DNA of 64,000 bases, taken from NCBI GenBank assembly GCA_002269645.1, contig NIVC01001731.1:148272-212271 (forward strand), read 5' to 3'. The position numbers and the translations under genes are program-made. Shown here one piece after another: positions 25,065 to 48,430 of the stretch (position 1 is the stretch's first letter; the number at the start of each line of letters is the position of its first letter). Origin of the DNA: Macrostomum lignano (lineage: Eukaryota). The notes under the pieces are model-generated. The model was not told the origin of the DNA and searched no databases. It saw only the letters and a program-made list of their open reading frames with translations.

Positions 25065-25365
25065 CTTCTTCAGCAGTTCTCCAGGAGCTTTTGTGCATCT
25101 GAGCCGTTCTCCAGGAGCTTTTGTGCATCTGAGCAGTTCTCCAGGAGCTTTTATGCATCTGAGCAGTTCTCCAGGAGCTTTTGTGCATCTGAGCAGTTCT
25201 CTATGAGCTTTTGTGCATCTGAGCAGTTCTCTATGAGCTTTTGTGCATCTGAGCAGTTCTCCAGGAGCTTTTGTGCATCTGAGCAGTTCTCTATGAGCTT
25301 TTGTGCATCTGAGCAGTTCACAATAAAGTCATGAACTTTATGTGCATCTGAGCAAATCAACAGGA
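25065..25365. repeat. 30-bp minisatellite
   Basis: GAGCAGTTCTCCAGGAGCTTTTGTGCATCT, about 9-10 copies. Confidence 0.95.
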
Positions 25366-25714
25366 GCTTTTTGCGTCTAAATCAGGAATAAATAAAATTT
25401 ACAGCTAATATTTGAAGACTACAAAAACATCTCAGACAGGCATATTCCGATGCTAAGAAATTTCATGAGCCCAATGCTTCAATTTCGGGGTTCGAAGACA
25501 GAAATCGATCTGGAAAAAAGTGCGGTTAATGTGCTAAGGTATGGATAAAAAAATAGAAATGCCATAACTGCTTTCCAACTCGCTAGCAGGTGGACAGCTG
25601 CCTCGATCTGCAGCAACGCCCAGAGCTCCATGTCAGCGTGTGTAACTACGTAATGAATCTGCAGAAATTATAAATGAGACTGAGCATGAGACGACTGAAA
25701 GATCATAGACGAAC

Positions 25715-25957
<243 letters not shown>

Positions 25958-28900
25958 CCATGCAAAGCAAGAAAAAACACAGAAAAAACAGCCCACGGAG
26001 AAAACTTATCCAATGCAATCAATAAATATTTCGATGATAAACTCTAAACATTTGTGCGTTTATACAAAGAAAATAAAGGACACGAAATAAACGCCATCCT
26101 ATAATATTATCTCAATCAAAACTTCAGCTCGCTTGACTTCTCGATTGAACAAAAAAGCAGATAAAGCAATAAGAACACTGATCTGCAGGAGAGAGAATAT
26201 TGGATTTGCACAGTTAGACACTGCTCTGTCCAGCCAGCACAGGGCGCACACTATAATCCAGTGGATTAATGAGCAATGAGTCAGCGGCAAATCAGCCCAT
26301 TTATTAGATCAATAACAGCGCAACTGGACACCCAGGGGTTGGGCTTCTCGATCTAGACTCAGGTTAGAAGCCTCCTGCACTTCCCTAGTAACTATTGCGA
26401 ATGGAAGACATTGGAGCTTATAGGAATTATCCCAAAGCTGGGTATTGAATGGCATTTATGCAATGCAAGCAATAAGAAGTTTTGCATACAAAGGGATAAT
26501 GCAAAATAAGGTAATAGTCTATAAAACTTCTTAGGCAAATACAGAAACTGATAATTTTGATATTAATTATATGCTGATTAAAAGCATGACAATGTTTACA
26601 TAGCTCAGCATTCTTAGCAAACCATCTTTATTAAACTATATAAAAAAGCTAACTATAATTGATTCCAAGAAGCTAATCCAATGACAACATAAAAATTGCA
26701 TTTCAAACTGATATTAGTTAAACAAATCGGTAAAATGTTTTCTAGCGAAAACAATTTGTAGCTAACATATAGCTTGTATCAAATTGGTAAGTTGGACTCG
26801 CAAAAGTACGAGTATTTGAAATTGAAATATAAGAGATAAGCAATAAACCGTCTAAAACGCTTTTACAACTACTTAGTAGTATACTAAGTGATGCTTTGTA
26901 CTTTAAGTAATGCAAAATATAAACTTAAGTTAATAAAGTTATCTATAGATGTATAATCATAATTCACAAAGGACTGCTAGATAACATCAGTACTATATGC
27001 TACTAACTAGTAGTATCTGTATGTGATTATAAGTAATACAATAAAAGAGGTAGGTCTTAGCTTTATGACTAATGCTATAATAGTATAAAAAACAAAATTT
27101 AATGCTACAAATTCAAGTTATTTTATAAAGAATTAATATGAAATTGTTTTAATGATATTACTTTTATCTATATTTAATTTCTGGATAAAAATAAGTATAA
27201 TAGAAAATTCTTGCTACATGGGCAAAATAGATATAAAAATGCTATATCTTATCTAAGGAAATAATAAAACACAATGACTTAAGAACCTTGATTTTAATTG
27301 CAATATGCTATATTGATAGTTATACATATAGTTAACCCTTTATAGTCTATTTGACTTTAAACTTTAAATTAAACTCCAACTAAAGGAAAAATAGATAGCA
27401 TTACTTAATAATACAAAAATAATGGCAAAAACAATACTTAGATTAACTTTTAAGAATCACCATTCTAACCACAATGTGCATAGTCTATCATAAAAATCTC
27501 TATTTGACTATTGTTTGATATTCCAACCCCAGAGACTAGCTTCCTTGCCTAGCAATTTTATTTCAAATGTACACTACAAAATTAAATAATTTAATTACTT
27601 AAAGCATGGGCAACTACTAAGTCTAAAGATAATTAAATCTATATAGTAAAATATAGGCCTAGCAAATGGCAAAAACAGTTGATAATAAATGAAACTGGAA
27701 AAATTCTCTCTTACTTCTTACACAACAACACCACTACAAATAATTAAAAATATCAAGGAGGAACATAAAATTAAACTAAATATTACAGTAGCTAGCTAGA
27801 TTCTACACAGCCGGGAATATAGAATAAGAACAAACACAATATAGGCATATGAAACAAAACGGAGCAAACATGATTTTAAAATTCCAAGACTATAGGCCTG
27901 AATTTTAACTTTAAGGAATCTTCGAATTCGAAAGATAAGAAGACTTAAAGAAATGAAGAGAATGCATGCGAGAAATTAAATATTGATAAGAAATACAATT
28001 GTAACGTGATAAATGTACTAACAGAGTTAAAGTAAAGAAATAGCAAGCAGTTATTGAGTTATTGGCTCCTAATTGAAGCGGCCTACAGGCTGAGCCTGAG
28101 CCACACCCAGTTTTTCCCACGCCCTTCTAATAAAATTGCAATTTTAAAATAGTTAAGCACTTTAACAACCTTTAAAGCTGCAATTACTTAAAATTACGGA
28201 AGGGCTATATGCTAACAGTGGAAGCCTATAAGACTGCAAAAAGACAAGAATGGCAAAATACTTGCTTCTGTTTTTACTTTCTTTAGATCACAGAAGTAGC
28301 CGTAGGTTTCCCACTGACAGATTTGCAATACGCTACAGTCTAAGGGCATAATTTTCATATAATTTAATTGATAATTTACCTCGCGAATAGCAGATGATTT
28401 TAGGCTTGCTCTTGAAATACCCATCAACACTAATCCGACGTGGTTTACGTGTAAAATTCAATAATAATTTAGCAAGTTTCCTGCATGGTCTGTACCAAAA
28501 TTACTTTAAAACGTTATTACTTATCCTCAATTGTAGATTGCAGATTGCATGTAGATAGCAAACTATGTGTAGATTATGAGGTATAATAACATGTAAATTA
28601 CCGTACAAAATATCAAGAGGAAATTTATCACCGATTGGATCAGCTCGCTTGTTGATGCAGACTGCAGATGGTATTAATAAAATCCGAACCATTAATATCA
28701 AGCTTAATTTATTCGTCATTCTCATTCAAATGATATATTGTGGCCAAAGCAAAGCAAGTGCGGATGTTATAAATATCTAACGACATTTAATGCGGCTCAA
28801 AAAGTGATTTACAATTGTCGGGATTAAAATAAGCAAATTATTTAGAAAATGGTTAACACAGAATCACAAAATGTGCACAACAGCCAGACTGAAGTTTGAC

Positions 28901-29796
28901 GATATTAGACTGAAAAAAATCAAAAAATACAAATGGATCGATAAGATGCAGTACAGTATACGTGCAAATATGGTTTAAATATTCACACGCGAAATTAGAA
29001 ACTGTGCCAGGCTAAATATAAGCTTTGTGAAACTATTTGGGACACCTGATTAAAAGAGGAATAAGAACTAATATTTGCTTAGAAGTGTGACCTAAAAAAT
29101 ACTAATTCGATTGCGAATAAACAAATCGAATCAATAAAGCTGAAGCCGACAAATAGCAAAAACTAACCATATAAAATATGCAAGCAAAATGACATGCTGT
29201 GTAAAATATTACTTATTTAGGATTATTAATAAAAATACTATATACAACAAAGGGTGTGTCCACCATGTACATTACAATAAGCCTGTTTGTTTTATCACTT
29301 GCTATACAAATAAGCGTCAAAATTCCGGGTTTTAGCAATAATTTAAATAGCAAAGTTTCGTTAAAGAAACAAAAACTTGTCGAATTAAAACTTACACAAA
29401 TATCGGGCAGATAAAGGTTGGTTTGAAAAAACGGATATTCAATTTTTTTAATATTTGAATTCGCGCGCGATTCCAACGATTAAAACAATTTTGGGAAAAA
29501 AGTTCACAAACTTTTCTGTTTTTTTTGCATTAATTCAAATAGATGAATGACAAAAAATTTTTAATCTATTATAGTTATTCAATGAAGTTAAAACGAAACG
29601 TATTTTCGTTTAATATTTGCATTCGCGCCATTTTTAGACGATTATGAAACAGACTTCCAAAAAAACTTTTGGATGTGGCGTGAATTTAAATACAAAAACT
29701 GACCATTTAAAACTTTAATAGATTTTCCCGGCTTTCTTAAAATTAAAAAAACCAACCCGATTGTAAACATACTCAAACTAATCGCTTTCGTTGATC

Positions 29797-31050
<1,254 letters not shown>

Positions 31051-31249
31051 ATTGTTGCGAACAACCAAATATGCGTGCGCCGGTATTGTAGAAATAAGTG
31101 ATGAAGCCGCTATGGAAGCTGAGTGTTTACTGGGGCTGTAAGAGAAATAATTTAGCAGCAGATGAGTTTAATTAAATGTATAATAAAGAGTGCAGATATT
31201 AAGGTTTACTAGCTAGACCATTGCAGGATCTAGAGATGTTGTAACTGCC

Positions 31250-32618
31250 TGTAGATCGATAACCATCTAGTCTGTAGATTTATAAACATCTAGTCTGTAG
31301 ATCTATAAACATCTAGTCTGTAGATCTATAACCATCTAGTCTGTAGATCTATAAACATCTAGTCTGTAGATCCATAAACATCTAGTCTGTCGATCCATAA
31401 ACATCTAGTCTGTAGATCCATAACCATCTAGTCTGTAGATCCATAAACATCTAGTCTGTCGATCCATAAACATCTAGTCTGTAGATCTATAACTATTTAG
31501 TCTGTAGATCCATAAACATCTAGTCTGTAGATCCATAAACATCTAGTTTGTAGATCCATAAACATCTAGTCTGTAGATCTATAAACATCTAGTCTGTAGA
31601 TCTATAAACATCTAGTCTGTAGATCCATAAACATCTAGTCTGTAGATCTATAAACATCTAGTCTGTAGATCTATAAACATCTAGTCTGTAGATCTATAAC
31701 CATCTAGTCTGTAGATCTATAAACATCTAGTCTGTAGATCCATAAACATCTAGTCTGTCGATCCATAAACATCTAGTCTGTAGATCCATAACCATCTAGT
31801 CTGTAGATCCATAAACATCTAGTCTGTCGATCCATAAACATCTAGTCTGTAGATCTATAAACATCTAGTCTGTAGATCTATAAACATCTAGTCTGTAGAT
31901 CCATAAACATCTAGTCTGTAGATCTATAAACATCTAGTCTGTAGATCTATAAACATCTAGTCTGTAGATCTATAACCATCTAGTCTGTAGATCTATAAAC
32001 ATCTAGTCTGTAGATCCATAAACATCTAGTCTGTCGATTCATAAACATCTAGTCTGTAGATCCATAACCATCTAGTCTGTAGATCCATAAACATCTAGTC
32101 TGTCGATCCATAAACATCTAGTCTGTAGATCTATAACTATTTAGTCTGTAGATCCATAAACATCTAGTCTGTAGATCCATAAACATCTAGTTTGTAGATC
32201 CATAAACATCTTGTCTGTAGATCTATAAACATCTAGTCTGTAGATCTATAAACATCTAGTCTGTAGATCTATAAACATCTAGTCTGTAGATCCATAAACA
32301 TCTAGTCTGTAGATCCATAAACATCTAGTTTGTAGATCCATAAACATCTAGTCTGTAGATCTATAAACATCTAGTCTGTAGATCTATAAACATCTAGTCT
32401 GTAGATCTATAAACATCTAGTCTGTAGATCCATAAACATCTAGTCTGTAGATCTATAAACATCTAGTCTGTAGATCTATAAACATCTAGTCTGTAGATCT
32501 ATAACCATCTAGTCTGTAGATCTATAACCATCTAGTCTGTAGATCTATAACCATCTAGTCTGTAGATCCATAACCATCTAGTCTGTAGATCTATAACCAT
32601 CTAGTCTGTAGATCTATA
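31250..32618. repeat. 23-bp minisatellite, about 59 copies
   Basis: CATCTAGTCTGTAGATCTATAAA with the internal palindrome TAGATCTA. Confidence 0.97.
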
Positions 32619-32914
32619 AAAAAACTAATTTTTATTCCAGCCTCTACATTGCAATAAAACAAGCCACGCACTAAACTTTGCTATATATAAGAACAAAATG
32701 TGAAAAATAATGCAAGACAAAGCCGCAACTAATTTTTTGTCTCCAATGAAATCCAGAGCGCGAACAAGCGCCAGGCCAAAATTGTTTTTATTTAGTTTTA
32801 AATAACTCCCGGCTCAAACATCAAACCCCGCTGCTATTCGATGCCGGCAGGGCATCGCTAAGCACGCATCCCAGTGAGTCATCAGTTTCTAAATTATTTC
32901 CATTCGAGAGTTTC

Positions 32915-33367
32915 TCAAGCCTCGGCTGGAGGCTGCTGCGGAGCCGCAGGCTGAGTCTTGCGATAAGCCAGCCGGTCGCCAAATCGACCGCCGCTGCGTT
33001 CGCCGCCTTCGCCTCGCTCGCCGCGTCCGCCGGCGCCGGGTCCGCGCGCGTCGGTGGCGCCGGCGCCGCCTGGACCGGCGCGCCTGCTCAGAGTGGCTGG
33101 CACGCACTCGGTGGGCAGGTGCAAATACTTGCGCAGAAATTCGATACCCTCGTTAGTCAGAAACCAGTAGTAGTGACGCCAGGCAAACTGTTCGCGGACA
33201 AAGCCGCGCGACTTCAGGCTGATCAGCGCCTTCACCACGTGCAGATTGCGCACCCCAGTGACCTGCGGATGCGTCACATTCGGTCGAGGATCTTTTTTAG
33301 CCACCATGACGCCGTCGGAGAACAGGCGCTCGTAGATGGCAACGGTTTCTTTCTTGGGGATCAGCAT
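32915..33367 (-). CDS. RPS10: 40S ribosomal protein S10 (eS10), intronless, 150 aa
   Basis: [70 protein letters not shown], then an RG-rich linker; AATAAA about 120 nt downstream. Confidence 0.95.
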   Translation of the reverse strand: MLIPKKETVAIYERLFSDGVMVAKKDPRPNVTHPQVTGVRNLHVVKALISLKSRGFVREQFAWRHYYWFLTNEGIEFLRKYLHLPTECVPATLSRRAGPGGAGATDARGPGAGGRGERGEGGERSGGRFGDRLAYRKTQPAAPQQPPAEA

Positions 33368-33547
33368 GGCTGGCTGGGTTGCGGCACTGGCTGCGGGATG
33401 GCAATTGCGTTAGGCGAACTTGAACTCCCGATCTCTATATCGCGCTGTGCTTGTCTTATGCCTCTTCAACCATACCCTGGCACCAGTACCGACCTTATTT
33501 CACCTCCGGTTTCCTAACCTTGCCTCCCTCTTCTGTTCTACGCATTT

Positions 33548-33970
33548 CTATCTTCAGTTCTACCCTTCCTCCTTCAGTTCTATCCTTCCTCCTTCAGTTC
33601 TATCCTTCCTCCTTCAGTTCTATCCTTTCTCCTTCTGTTCTACCCTTCCTCCTTCTGTTCTACCCTTCCTCCTTCTGTTCTACCTTTCCCCCTTCTATTC
33701 TACCCTTCCTCCTTCTGTTCTACCCTTCCTCCTTCTATTCTACCCTTCCCCCTTCTATTCTACCCTTCCTCCTTCTGTTCTACCCTTCCTCCTTCTGTTC
33801 TACCCTTCCTCCTTCTGTTCTACCCTTCCTCCTTCTGTTCTACCCTTCCTCCTTCTATTCTACCCTTCCTCCTTCTGTTCTACCCTTCCTCCTTCTATTC
33901 TATCCTTCCTCCTTCTATTCTACCCTTCCTCCTTCTGTTCTACCCTTCCTCCTATTCTACCTTTCCTCCT
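33548..33970. repeat. 20-bp polypyrimidine minisatellite upstream of RPS10
   Basis: TACCCTTCCTCCTTCTGTTC. Confidence 0.95.
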
Positions 33971-34684
33971 TCTTATATTTTCTGTTCTACTCTTCCCCAC
34001 TTTATCTGTTCTACTCTTCCTTTCTTCCTCTGTTCTCCCCTTCCTCTCCCTTTGTTCTACTTTTCACTCTTTCTCGGTTGTACCCTTCCTCTCTCACCCA
34101 TCTTTTATCTATCCTTTTTACTTCTTCCTCATCTAACGTATCAGATTCAGCAACCTTTTTGCTAAGAATTTAAAATTTATTGATTAAAAAGCAGTTGAAA
34201 ACTCAATCAACAATAAAAATGTGGCTTAAGTATATATTTATTGTAAGTATACATAGTAATTTTTAAATATTTACTATATGCGCTCGTGATAGCAATAAAC
34301 CGGCAGCAACTATTGACAAGTTAGTAGGAAAAGTGAATCAATCAATCAATCAATGAAAAAACTGGAATATTTATAGGTCTGCATAGTGAAACCGCTGGTA
34401 ATTAAGATAAAGTAACTATCAGCATCATGACAATTAGCTCGTAAAATTACTGAGTAAAAATGTAAGCAAGAATATTATATGCAGTCACATGACAAATAAT
34501 AATTAGTCTAGGATATATGCAGGCTCAGCAGGGTACTGCAAAACCTCCCGTTTATCATTGAGAATATTGAGTGCATAGATGGAGCAGGACAATTTAATGG
34601 AAGCTTCGCAGCATTCTGCCTATCTAAAAACCACACGTATTGTTTGCAGTTTGCGGTCAATCCACCGACTGTCGTGTCGTCAAC

Positions 34685-35489
34685 TCACACAGCCTGGCCA
34701 GGCCTAGTAAGGGTCTGGTCCATGAACTTGCGCTTTGAGAAGCAGATCCACCATTTGCTTGGCTTCTCGTTCGGATTGCCGGGGAACAGTCGCTCCAGCA
34801 GGCGCTGACCGGTCTCCTGACGCAGCTGCTGGATGTACTGCCGCATCGCATCGTCTTCGGCGCGATCGCGCGGCTTCGCGTACATCGCGTTGAGCTCGCG
34901 GGGGAATCCGGGATCGCCGGGGATGTCAAACTTGGCGATGCCCATCGCGTTTATCTCCTTGGCGGCCTTAAGAAAACCGGGTTGGGTTCAATGTGCATGG
35001 ATAGTTATTGGCTATTAATTACTGAGGATCTGGGAGGCTGGCACAGCAACTGAGGATCTGGGAGGCTGACCCAGCAACTGCGGATCTGGGAGGCTGACCC
35101 AGCAACTGCGGATCTGGGAGGCTGACCCAGCAACTGCGGATCTGGGAGGCTGACCCAGCAACTGAGGATCTGAGAGGGTAGCCCAGCAACTGAGGATCTC
35201 AAAAAGCATCAAGACTTACCTGATTTTTATTTTGGCAGCGGTGAACTTTTTTCAGCACATCCAAAATGTACAGAGTCAGGTAGATGAGGACGCGGTCAGC
35301 CTCAGACTTGATCTCGTAGTTCTTAAAGAAAACGTTGGCCTTAAAGTAGAACAGAGCCTCGTCAATGATGTCCTTTTCTAGGTTGGCCTCCTGCGGTGCC
35401 GGGCCACGAAACTTGGTTCGCAGCGGCAGCAGAGCCATGTTGCCAACCAGCTTGGGTGGCTGCACGAACTCAGAATGATAGGCTGGCAT
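34685..35489 (-). CDS. ARPC3: Arp2/3 complex subunit 3 (p21-Arc), 183 aa, 2 exons
   Basis: Exons 35489-35220 ([58 protein letters not shown]) and 34966-34685 ([47 protein letters not shown]); donor GTAAGT, acceptor TTTTCTTAAG. Confidence 0.96.
35020..35200. repeat. 28-bp minisatellite filling the ARPC3 intron
   Basis: CTGCGGATCTGGGAGGCTGACCCAGCAA, about 6 copies. Confidence 0.93.
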
Positions 35490-36844
35490 AACTAGCAGCT
35501 ATGGAATAGGTCAACACCATGCAGTTAAGCAGAGACGGCTGCGGTTAGTACTCAGCTAAATAAAAGAACTCTAGCATACGGTTCTATGATAGAAATAGAG
35601 CTTGAAAGGCTAGGCTTAGGCCATTTCTAGGATCTCTACGAAATGAGAAAACAAGCGCTCTCAGGAATGCAAAGAGGAAATATGGCAAAGAGCAGAAAAG
35701 TATATTTATTGATTAATATTCTTACTAAATCATAAATTTTTTAATCTGGCATTTGTTTGTGTAGTTAATCGCGACGCAATAAAAATTATTGTACTCTTAT
35801 TTTCGTCGATACTACTGCCTGTCGTATAGAGACACGAGTAGTATAAACACGCACAAGGATACATATAGAAGCTATGTATTGATAGGTACAATGGACAGCA
35901 ACAGAACTGCTTGATTGACAACAATATTAACTGATTCAATTCGGAGCTATAATTACACAGGGAAATGTATAGATATGCAAAAATAGCTTTCTCTACTAAC
36001 CAAATAAATCATGTTCAAAATGAAAATCATTGATGTTATTAACCCGCTGTTAAGAGCCCAACAACATACAGGACTTTATTAAAGTATTGGAATTGGAAAC
36101 ATTTTAATTGGCAGCTAATGAAGATAGATAGACAAACTAATTATAATTACCTGGCAACTGTAACTATTAGCATCATAAAAATACGCACAGAGTAGAGGAA
36201 GCCATCGGTAATGAAATAATAGCTACAACTGAGAGAGTCATTTAATATAAGAAATTACACTGGAATAAATGGGCAAATATGTTACAGAAATTATTTTGGC
36301 AATTCAACTATTATTTATCAATGAACATTAACTAAATAAAGCGCGAAAGACCCCAAATTAACAAAAGCCCGTAAATTATACATATATATATGCTTAATAA
36401 AGATGATCACGCAACACATTCTAGTTCTTAGTTAAGCACAGCCAAAAATATCATTAATTTCATTACTTTAGCATGAATTTAATGTTTTGAAAACATATCC
36501 AATAATGAATGAGAAAATACAAGCAAGCCAGTGTAAATATGCTTACAGAAAGTACATCGAGTACTTCTGTTATTCGGCTTGTGCGCATACTACTGCCAAC
36601 TTAACAGTAGCAAAGCGGGACAGGATTTTAACACATTGTTGTTGGCAGATAAATCTGTGGTCGGGGCTGGAGACATGCTCTTAGCTAAGCTGCAATTAAT
36701 TCTATTAACTGAACTCCTACTGGATTAGGCTCTCTTGTAAGGCATTAGCAAGTTGAAATGAACGATTAGCTAATTTTAATTACGATTCATAGAAAACACC
36801 AATTTTCTTTTTCATACTATGACAGCTTACGTTGTAAAATGATT

Positions 36845-37870
36845 ATATGAGTTCGTGGACAGCTAATCATAGAGGTTCGTGGACAGCTAATCATAGAGGT
36901 TCATGGACAGCTAATCATAGAGGTTCGTGGACAACTAATCATAGAGGTTCGTGGACAGCTAATCATAGAGGTTCGTGGACAGCTAATCATAGAGGTTCGT
37001 GGACAACTAATCATAGAGGTTCATGGACAACTAAAAATATAAGTTCATGGACAACTAATTATAGAGGTTCATGGACAGCTAATCAGGGGTTCATGGACAA
37101 CTAATCATAGATGGTTCATGGACAGCTAATCATAGATGGTTCATGGACAGCTAATCATAGAGGTTCGTGGACAGCTAATCATAGAGGTTCGTGGACAGCT
37201 AATCATAGAGGTTCATGGACAGCTAATCATAGAGGTTCGTGGACAGCTAATCATAGAGGTTCGTGGACAGCTAATCATAGAGGTTCGTGGACAGCTAATC
37301 AGGGGTTCATGGACAACTAATCATAGATGGTTCATGGACAACTAATCATAGAGGTTCATGGACAACTAAGAATATAAGTTCATGGACAACTAATTATAGT
37401 GGTTCGTGGACAGGTAATCTGGGGTTCATGGACAACTAATTATAGATGGTTCATGGACAGCTAATCATAGAGGTTCATGGACAACTAAGCATATAAGTTC
37501 ATGGACAGCTAATCATTGATGGTTCATGGACAGCTATCCATAGGGGTTTGTTGTCAACGAATTATAGAGGTTCGTGGACAACTAACCATAGAGGCTCATG
37601 GACAACTAATCATAGAGGTTCATGGACAACTAATCATAGAGGCTCATGGACAACTAATCATAGAGGTTCATGGACAACTAATCATAGAGGTTCATGGACA
37701 ACTAACCATAGAGGCTCATGGACAACTAATCATAGAGGTTCATGGACAACTAATCACAGAGGCTCATGGACAACTAATCATAGAGGTTCATGGACAACTA
37801 ATCATAGAGGTTCATGGACAACTAACCATAGAGGCTCATGGACAACTAATCATAGAGGTTCAAAGACAGC
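36845..37870. repeat. 24-bp minisatellite downstream of PI4K2
   Basis: AGAGGTTCATGGACAGCTAATCAT. Confidence 0.95.
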
Positions 37871-38064
37871 TAATAGGTTTATTTTAAACATATAATCTTA
37901 AACTTTGCTGATTAATATATTTAAATCTTCTAAAATGAACTCTCCACCTCAGGTGCTGCAATAAAAGTACAGTTAATCTATAACAGAAAAATTGAAAGCA
38001 AGCAGACGACAGAGAAAACAAAGTGCGCGCAAGCCACCTTATAACTATCCAAATTATAAAATGG

Positions 38065-48143
<10,079 letters not shown>

Positions 48144-48430
48144 GAAGTTAGCTGAACCTCCTTGCCCACTTATTCAATGCCAACTGATGCACAGGTCTGG
48201 TGGCATTTGATTGATGTCTCAACAAACTCAACAAGCTGAAATAACAAAGGATTAATGTACTGATGTAGCTCCAAGGGCTACGGATTACTATAGCAACTGT
48301 TATAATAACAACTGCTCTTAAAGTTATGGCTATAGAAATATAGTGGTTTGAAGCATTTCCCACAGATTTCTATAGTGTTTATTCTAATATTTTAACATAT
48401 CACTCATTAACAATGTCTCATTTATACATT

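Noticed and set aside
31250-32618. Regular arrays considered as CRISPR
   Set aside because: Head-to-tail units without unique spacers, no cas genes, eukaryotic context
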